In this document: positions 58,408-64,000 of the stretch, piece by piece
Numbering within the stretch: position 1 is the first letter of the stretch
How the letters are laid out: the number at the start of each line of letters is the position of its first letter
Source of the DNA: Gammaproteobacteria bacterium
Lineage (GTDB): Bacteria; Pseudomonadota; Gammaproteobacteria; Acidiferrobacterales; SZUA-150
Direction of reading: 5' to 3'
Assembly (NCBI GenBank): GCA_029880545.1
Contig: JAOUOD010000002.1
Span: 200,767-264,766 of the forward strand
Length of the DNA: 64,000 nucleotides
Notes under the pieces: model-generated
Seen by the model: the letters and a program-made list of their open reading frames with translations, nothing else
Databases searched by the model: none
Told to the model about the DNA's origin: nothing
Made by a program: the position numbers and the translations under genes

Positions 58408-60264
58408 CTATCCACCTCGTGCGCGATCATAGCTCCTGGCCAGTTCAAAGCGTGCCTTGACCTGGTGAGCCTTGAGTTGTTTTATCCGCCGATCAATTTC
58501 GGTTATTGCCATATCAGTCAGCTGCTGTCGCTGTTGACTGATCAGCAACGCTGTTGCCGGAATTGCCTTGCTGATTCTTGAAGCCAGCGCGTTTAACTGG
58601 TCGTCATAGCCTTCGTAAGTATCCAGCAAAACCTGCCTGGCGCTGACAACAGCATGATGGCGCAACTTCAGGCTTTCCAGCTCGCTATCCAGCTGGTTCC
58701 AGCCTTGCTGGGCCAGCTGCCTCCTTGCGTCATAGTCGGTCAGCACCTGCCAGCGTATCAGGCCGGACAGGCGATCAAGCCGGCGCCGGTAGTCAGACGC
58801 GCTGGTTCCGCTGCCCGCATTCGCGTGCAGCAACCGGATTCTGTCCATATCTTTTTGTTCAACGGCGCTGACAAATAATCCCGGATCAGACTGATCGTTC
58901 AGCGAACTCAACTGGCCGTAGATCCGGTGTCGACTGGCAAACTGCATGGACATTCGCGCCGCCAGTAGCTCAAAGTCCTTGTCAATCCCGGGCAGAAATC
59001 GATCGTAATAATCTTTTCTGGCGCGAATCATCTCCTGGTAATACACCACATCCCGGCGCCAGGTTTGCAGGCGCTCATTCAGCTCCTCAAGATCAAGAAG
59101 ATTTCCGAATGCCTCCTGCGCGTCATGGTTCGCCATTAACTTGGCCAGGTAGTGGTTCTCTGGGGAATTGCCCACGGAATCGAGACGAATCGCCCAGGTA
59201 CCGGCCTGCTTCAACCGCTCTTTGATGAGGTGTCTGAAAAAAGTACCGGCCAGAATATTGGAGCGTGATGTTTCAAGGCGCGACATCTCCGAGTCAAAAG
59301 CCTTGATCGCCTTCTCATACATGAGTGCTGCCTTGCCATGCAATCCGAGCTTGCCATATGCGTAGCCAATACCAAGCAGCGCTTCCTGCACACCCATGTC
59401 CGCGAGCACGCGCCCGGCAAGTTCGTTCCAGGAAACAATCGCGCGATCGTAGCGCTTCAGTGCAACGTCAGCCCAGCCCAGCCCGAGCAGAGCCCGGTTG
59501 GAAAAAGGACCTTCCAGCCTGACGCGCACGAGACTGGCCCGGGCCTGCTCCGGTCGATTCAGTTCCAGCAGGCGGAAACCAAGAGCCAGTGCCGCCTTGT
59601 CACGAATGGAGTGTGATGCCTCTGTATCAGAACCTGTATCAGCAACCTTTTCGAGATAACGAATGCTTTTTTCGTCCAGGCCAAGTCTTGCATAGGCCAC
59701 GCCCAGGTTGTAGGAAGCAAAACCTGCGTAACGATCATTGTCCAGCAATGGCTCAAGCAGTGTTATCGCTTCCTTGTTCCTGTCGTTTATGATCAGGACC
59801 AGCGCCTTTTGAAATGTGATATCCGCCTTTGATGCAACTGGCAACCGGCCCGATATCCGGTCAACCACAGCCAATGCTTGCGCACGCTGGTCTTTTCGCA
59901 ACAAGGTCTGGCCCAGCTGATGCAGGGCAAAATCACGATCCACGCCATCAAGACCGGCGTCTTCAGCGACCTTGATGGCACCCGCTGCACGTTCATGCAA
60001 GCGGTACTTGAGAGAAAAACTGCCCACGGTGAAATCAGGGCGATTGGCCTCATACCGCAAAACACCAAGCTTGTTCTGGTCGAGCCAGAAATTCCGGCCC
60101 AGGCCCGATTCAAGCCTGACCAATGCATCAAAATCATGGCCAAGAAATGATTGATACAGGGCTTCGCCAACATACAAATCCGGCGGAACGCGGGTATCCG
60201 CAGCGGCCGGCAGGATTGTAAGCATGCCCAGGTACACCACCAGTGTGTTTCGCAGATTGCTCAC
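58408..60264 (-). CDS. Secreted TPR plus coiled-coil protein (618 aa), unassigned family
   Basis: The GTG start lies 3 nt after the upstream stop. It has a signal peptide (LVVYLGMLTILPAAA|D). The N-terminal half holds about 7 TPR-like repeats (SYNLGVAYARLGLDEKSIRYLEKV, LLGIGYAYGKLGLHGKAALMYEKAI). The C-terminal ~280 aa are heptad-rich helices. Confidence 0.7.
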   Translation of the reverse strand: MSNLRNTLVVYLGMLTILPAAADTRVPPDLYVGEALYQSFLGHDFDALVRLESGLGRNFWLDQNKLGVLRYEANRPDFTVGSFSLKYRLHERAAGAIKVAEDAGLDGVDRDFALHQLGQTLLRKDQRAQALAVVDRISGRLPVASKADITFQKALVLIINDRNKEAITLLEPLLDNDRYAGFASYNLGVAYARLGLDEKSIRYLEKVADTGSDTEASHSIRDKAALALGFRLLELNRPEQARASLVRVRLEGPFSNRALLGLGWADVALKRYDRAIVSWNELAGRVLADMGVQEALLGIGYAYGKLGLHGKAALMYEKAIKAFDSEMSRLETSRSNILAGTFFRHLIKERLKQAGTWAIRLDSVGNSPENHYLAKLMANHDAQEAFGNLLDLEELNERLQTWRRDVVYYQEMIRARKDYYDRFLPGIDKDFELLAARMSMQFASRHRIYGQLSSLNDQSDPGLFVSAVEQKDMDRIRLLHANAGSGTSASDYRRRLDRLSGLIRWQVLTDYDARRQLAQQGWNQLDSELESLKLRHHAVVSARQVLLDTYEGYDDQLNALASRISKAIPATALLISQQRQQLTDMAITEIDRRIKQLKAHQVKARFELARSYDRARGG

Positions 60265-60267
60265 AGC

Positions 60268-60807
60268 CTAGCGCTCAAAAAACTCGATACCGTTTTCCTG
60301 TTCCAGGCTCGCCAGCCGAATCTCGATAATTGCCGGGTGCACGCCCTTTACCACGGTATAACTGATTCGGCGCTGCGCAGTCTGGTTATTGGACAGCCTG
60401 CCGACCACGTGCAGGTCAAGCTTGTGCTCACGAAGCTTGATATTGCCGGTATAGAGTCGCTGAACGCCGCCATTTTTAAGTGCACTGATCTCCATTGGTG
60501 CATACTTGTGGTGTATCACTTCCTTGCCATCGATACTGATGGCCAGCGAAGCAAGGTCAAACGGTCCGCCATCTTTCAGGGATAAATAGATTGCGATCTG
60601 GGTATAGGCCGGGTACAGCAGCCTGTCTTCAAGTGTTTGCAGCTCGGTACCGATATCTAGAACTTCTTCCTTGGCCTTGCGCACCTGCTCATCCAGCCCT
60701 TTCGCTTGATCGGCGAGCGTCGCCAGGGGGAGACCGGCGATAAGAATTCCTGCTACACATACCGCGACTACCTGCAACAATCCGCTCTTGGCGATACTGG
60801 ACACCAC
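60268..60807 (-). CDS. Small signal-anchored/secreted protein (179 aa): coiled coil plus beta-rich domain, unassigned family
   Basis: GTG start with GGGAG 5-6 nt upstream. It has an N-terminal hydrophobic segment (LLQVVAVCVAGILIAGLPLATLA), a short coiled coil (LDEQVRKAKEEVLDIGTELQTLEDRL) and then beta-strand-patterned sequence. It is the first gene of the tightly packed trio. Confidence 0.65.
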   Translation of the reverse strand: MVSSIAKSGLLQVVAVCVAGILIAGLPLATLADQAKGLDEQVRKAKEEVLDIGTELQTLEDRLLYPAYTQIAIYLSLKDGGPFDLASLAISIDGKEVIHHKYAPMEISALKNGGVQRLYTGNIKLREHKLDLHVVGRLSNNQTAQRRISYTVVKGVHPAIIEIRLASLEQENGIEFFER

Positions 60808-60942
60808 ACCACTCCCTAATAGTTATTTTCGTTATAAATTGTAGCGCATCCGGGAAAATTTCCGACGCGTTAATGGGTCGCCCGGCATCAGCAATACCAA
60901 GTTATTGTTTTCAGAAGGGATTTACGGGTTTCTCCGGCCAGT

Positions 60943-62028
60943 TTAGCTTAGTTCAGCCATCGCTTTCAGGAAAACATCGTTTTCTTCAGGTGTGCCGATG
61001 GTGGTGCGCAAGCAATTCTCGAGCAGCGGGTCGGCGTGGGACAGGTTTTTGATCAGCACACCCGCCTGTTTCAGTGACTCATGCACCGCATCGCCGGCAG
61101 CGTGGCGGGAGCGGAACAGGATGAAGTTGGCCTCGCTGGGCCAAGCCTGGATGTCCGGCATGTGTGACAGTGCATCAAAAACACGCTGCCGCTCGGAAAC
61201 AATGGCAGCGGTCTGCTCGTGCAGAAAACGGGCATTGTCCAGGGCAAACTCGGCACCGGTCTGGGTCAGGCTGTTCACGTTATAGGGCATGCGCACCTTG
61301 TCGAATTCCTGCAACCAGCGGCCATCGCCGGCCAGCAGACCCAGGCGCAACCCGGCGAGACCCAATTTGGAGACAGTGCGCATCACCACAACATTGTCAT
61401 AACCGGCCAATCGCGACATCCATGAGTCCGAGGCAAACGCGTAATAAGCTTCGTCGATAACAACAAGGCCATTGGCTGCACGGATTATGGCTTCCATCTG
61501 TTCACGGGCGAACAGGTTGCCGGTGGGATTGTTGGGATACGCCAGGAATATGACTGCCGGATCATGCTGTTCAATGGCAGCGAGCATGGCAGGCAGATCA
61601 AGCGCGAAATCATCAGCCCGCAACGGCACGCCGACATGTTTCATGCCAACAAAACGCGCAGTCATGTCGTACATGACAAATCCGGGAACCGGTGACATGA
61701 CTACCGCCCCCGGTCGCGCCATGGCCAGCATGATCATCTGGATGATTTCATCAGAGCCGTTGCCTAACAGGATTTCTGCTTCGTCGGGCACGGCCATTTC
61801 CCGGCGCAGCCCCGGTCGCAGTTGTTGCGCCGACGGGTCCGGGTAACGGTTGATATCGGTCTGCACCAGCTTGTCGGCCCAGGCGCGCTTGAGATCCTCC
61901 GGCCATGGATACGGGTTCTCCATGGCATCAAGCTTGATCAGGTCGCCGGGATCGGCAACACCATAGGCTTTTAATGCCCGAATCTCGGGACGCACCAGTT
62001 GTTCGATACGCTTGTTAATGTCGGTCAT
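60943..62028 (-). CDS. hisC: Histidinol-phosphate aminotransferase HisC
   Basis: 361 aa, a class-II aminotransferase with the PLP-lysine region (MRTVSKLGLAGLRLG). It is in his operon context. Confidence 0.95.
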   Translation of the reverse strand: MTDINKRIEQLVRPEIRALKAYGVADPGDLIKLDAMENPYPWPEDLKRAWADKLVQTDINRYPDPSAQQLRPGLRREMAVPDEAEILLGNGSDEIIQMIMLAMARPGAVVMSPVPGFVMYDMTARFVGMKHVGVPLRADDFALDLPAMLAAIEQHDPAVIFLAYPNNPTGNLFAREQMEAIIRAANGLVVIDEAYYAFASDSWMSRLAGYDNVVVMRTVSKLGLAGLRLGLLAGDGRWLQEFDKVRMPYNVNSLTQTGAEFALDNARFLHEQTAAIVSERQRVFDALSHMPDIQAWPSEANFILFRSRHAAGDAVHESLKQAGVLIKNLSHADPLLENCLRTTIGTPEENDVFLKAMAELS

Positions 62029-62065
62029 GATGGCCTATAGCAACAGGCTTTTGCCGTTGGCTGTT

Positions 62066-63364
62066 CTATTTGCGGATGCGGTATTCAGCTGAACGCGCGT
62101 GCGCAGTCAGGCCCTCGCCATGAGCCAGGACTGATGCAGTACGACCCAGCCGGTCTGCGCCTTCGGCAGAACAGCCAATCAGGCTGGTACGCTTCTGAAA
62201 GTCGTACACGCCCAGCGGTGAACTGAACCGCGCCGTACCGGACGTGGGCAGCACATGGTTGGGCCCGGCGCAGTAGTCGCCCAGGGCTTCGGCAGTATAG
62301 CGGCCCATGAAAATGGCACCGGCATGACGAATTTTTTTTGCATACTCGCGCGCATCATCCATGGATAACTCGAGATGTTCAGGCGCGATACGGTTGGTCA
62401 ATGCCGCCGCTTCATCCAGGTCACGACAAACAATGATGGCGCCGCGACCCTCGATGGAGGCGCGAATAATATCCGCTCTCGGCATTTCGGCAAGCAGGCG
62501 CGTCATGGCCGCGGCCACGTTGTCGGCAAATGCCTGGTCCGGGGTCAGCAGGATAGCCTGTGCCAGCTCATCGTGTTCAGCTTGCGAAAACAAATCCATG
62601 GCCACCCAGTCGGCATCAGTCTTGCCATCACAGATCACGGCAATTTCTGACGGCCCGGCAATCATGTCGATGTCCACCTGGCCGAACACCATACGCTTGG
62701 CCGTGGCAACATAGATATTGCCGGGACCAACAATCTTGTCTACCTGCGGAATGGTATCCGTACCAAACGCCAGCGCGGCGACAGCCTGGGCACCACCGAC
62801 GGCAAACACGCGATCAACGCCGGCAATATGCGCGGCAGCCAGGACCATGTCATTGACTTCACCGCCAGGCGTTGGCACTACCATGATGAGTTCAGCGACA
62901 CCAGCGACCTTGGCCGGGATGGCATTCATCAATACCGAAGAAGGATAAGCGGCCTTGCCACCAGGTACGTATAGCCCGGCACGATCAAGCGGTGTTACCT
63001 GCTGACCCAGTACCGTGCCATCAGCCTCGGTATATTCCCAGGAATCGATGCGCTGCCTTTCGTGATAACTGCGTACACGTTCCGCGGCTTGCTCCAGGGC
63101 CCGGCGCTGATCTTCAGGCAGGCGCTCGGCGGCGGCACGCAAGGCATCAACACTGATTTCCAGGTCAGCCGCATTGGCAACTTCGAGGCGATCAAACTTC
63201 TGTGTGTATTCAAGCACAGCCGCGTCACCGCGCGCCCGAACCGCGGCAATAATGTCGCGCACAACATCAGTAACGTCCTGGTCTTCACCGTGACTGCGAT
63301 TAAGCAGGTCGGTAAACTCGGATTCAAAGTCCTGGTCAGTAGTGCGAAGCTGGCGAATATTCAT
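62066..63364 (-). CDS. hisD: Histidinol dehydrogenase HisD
   Basis: 432 aa with the motifs AGPSE, QAEHD and NHVLPT. Confidence 0.97.
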   Translation of the reverse strand: MNIRQLRTTDQDFESEFTDLLNRSHGEDQDVTDVVRDIIAAVRARGDAAVLEYTQKFDRLEVANAADLEISVDALRAAAERLPEDQRRALEQAAERVRSYHERQRIDSWEYTEADGTVLGQQVTPLDRAGLYVPGGKAAYPSSVLMNAIPAKVAGVAELIMVVPTPGGEVNDMVLAAAHIAGVDRVFAVGGAQAVAALAFGTDTIPQVDKIVGPGNIYVATAKRMVFGQVDIDMIAGPSEIAVICDGKTDADWVAMDLFSQAEHDELAQAILLTPDQAFADNVAAAMTRLLAEMPRADIIRASIEGRGAIIVCRDLDEAAALTNRIAPEHLELSMDDAREYAKKIRHAGAIFMGRYTAEALGDYCAGPNHVLPTSGTARFSSPLGVYDFQKRTSLIGCSAEGADRLGRTASVLAHGEGLTAHARSAEYRIRK

Positions 63365-63369
63365 GGCTG

Positions 63370-64000
63370 TTACGAAAGCGTTTCAACTGCCTGCGCCAGT
63401 TGATCCACCAGCGCTTTCAGTTTGTTGTGTTTCATTTTCATGGAAGCCTTGTTGGCCACCAGTCGTGAGCTGATATCGGCAATATGCTCCACTTCAACGA
63501 GGCCATTGGCCTTCATGGTATTGCCGGTACTGACCAGGTCAACGATACGATCGGACAGGCCTACCAGTGGCGCCAGTTCCATGGAACCGTAGAGCTTGAT
63601 GATCTCGGTCTGAATACCCTTGGCGGCAAAATGGCGCTTGGCAATATTCACGTACTTGGTGGCAATGCGCAGGCGCGTCCACTTGCTCGGATCATCGGTG
63701 CGCGCCATTTCCCTCGGCTCAGCAACCATGAGTCGGCACGGTGCCAGCTTGAGATCGAGTAACTCGTACAAGCCATCGCCGTCAAATTCCATCAACACGT
63801 CCTTGCCGGCAATGCCAAGGTCTGCAGCACCGTACTGCACGTAGGTGGGCACATCAGTAGCACGAATCAGCGTGAACTTTACATCCGGGCGATTGGTATC
63901 AAAGATCAGCTTGCGGCTCCTGTTCATGTCCTCAAGCGGTTCGATACCGGCATGCGCCAGCAGCGGCAGCGTATCGTCAAGGATACGACCCTTGGACAGT
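63370..64000 (-). CDS. hisG: ATP phosphoribosyltransferase HisG, short form (5' end runs off the window)
   Basis: The reading frame stays open to base 64000 (..[33 protein letters not shown]..). The ORF-track start at 63927 is an internal Met. There is no C-terminal regulatory domain, since the stop lies right after the catalytic core. Confidence 0.93.
   Translation of the reverse strand, partial: LSKGRILDDTLPLLAHAGIEPLEDMNRSRKLIFDTNRPDVKFTLIRATDVPTYVQYGAADLGIAGKDVLMEFDGDGLYELLDLKLAPCRLMVAEPREMARTDDPSKWTRLRIATKYVNIAKRHFAAKGIQTEIIKLYGSMELAPLVGLSDRIVDLVSTGNTMKANGLVEVEHIADISSRLVANKASMKMKHNKLKALVDQLAQAVETLS

Overview
This is a 64-kb core-chromosome window from a moderately GC-rich gammaproteobacterium, and it is almost fully coding. 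The gene order parallels the secA-lpxC-dcw-rsmI/lpoA-sspAB-petABC-algW-his neighbourhood I recall from Pseudomonas-type genomes; the taxon is an inference. Contents from left to right: (1) the 3' end of a TPR protein; (2) a minus-strand rubrerythrin / HdrD-GlpC-like Fe-S / DUF3501 operon whose promoter -10 is overlapped by a Fur/PerR-type 7-1-7 palindrome; (3) pilB-pilC-pilD-coaE; (4) a NUDIX-ThiE-like fusion, argJ, secA, an M23 peptidase and lpxC; (5) a complete 16-gene dcw cluster (mraZ to ftsZ) with a near-consensus Pmra promoter and GTGGG direct repeats (MraZ boxes); (6) RNase P RNA (rnpB, minus strand) with its own promoter and terminator; (7) an orphan zinc-finger anti-sigma-like membrane protein divergent from a globin-coupled diguanylate cyclase; (8) rsmI and the lpoA-yraN-SIS-BON block, extended by a stand-alone heptose adenylyltransferase, a GlcD-like FAD oxidase and an unassigned outer-membrane beta-barrel candidate; (9) an sspA-sspB-macrodomain operon; (10) petABC (bc1 complex); (11) a DegS/AlgW-type protease; (12) a secreted PPC-domain protein; (13) a long minus-strand array hisG-D-C-[three unassigned envelope genes]-hisB-H-A-F-I-E-tatA-B-C. 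I saw no transposase, integrase, CRISPR array, tRNA, rRNA or recognisable defence genes. The best candidates for undescribed biology are: the three-gene signal-anchored / TPR-coiled-coil / giant TPR-lipoprotein module embedded in the his operon (55.3-60.8 kb); the rubrerythrin-FeS(CCG)-DUF3501 redox module with its peroxide/metal-type operator (0.9-3.4 kb); and the orphan ZAS-like protein / globin-coupled GGDEF pair (33.7-35.4 kb). All family calls come from motif reading and memory of families. No database search was run.
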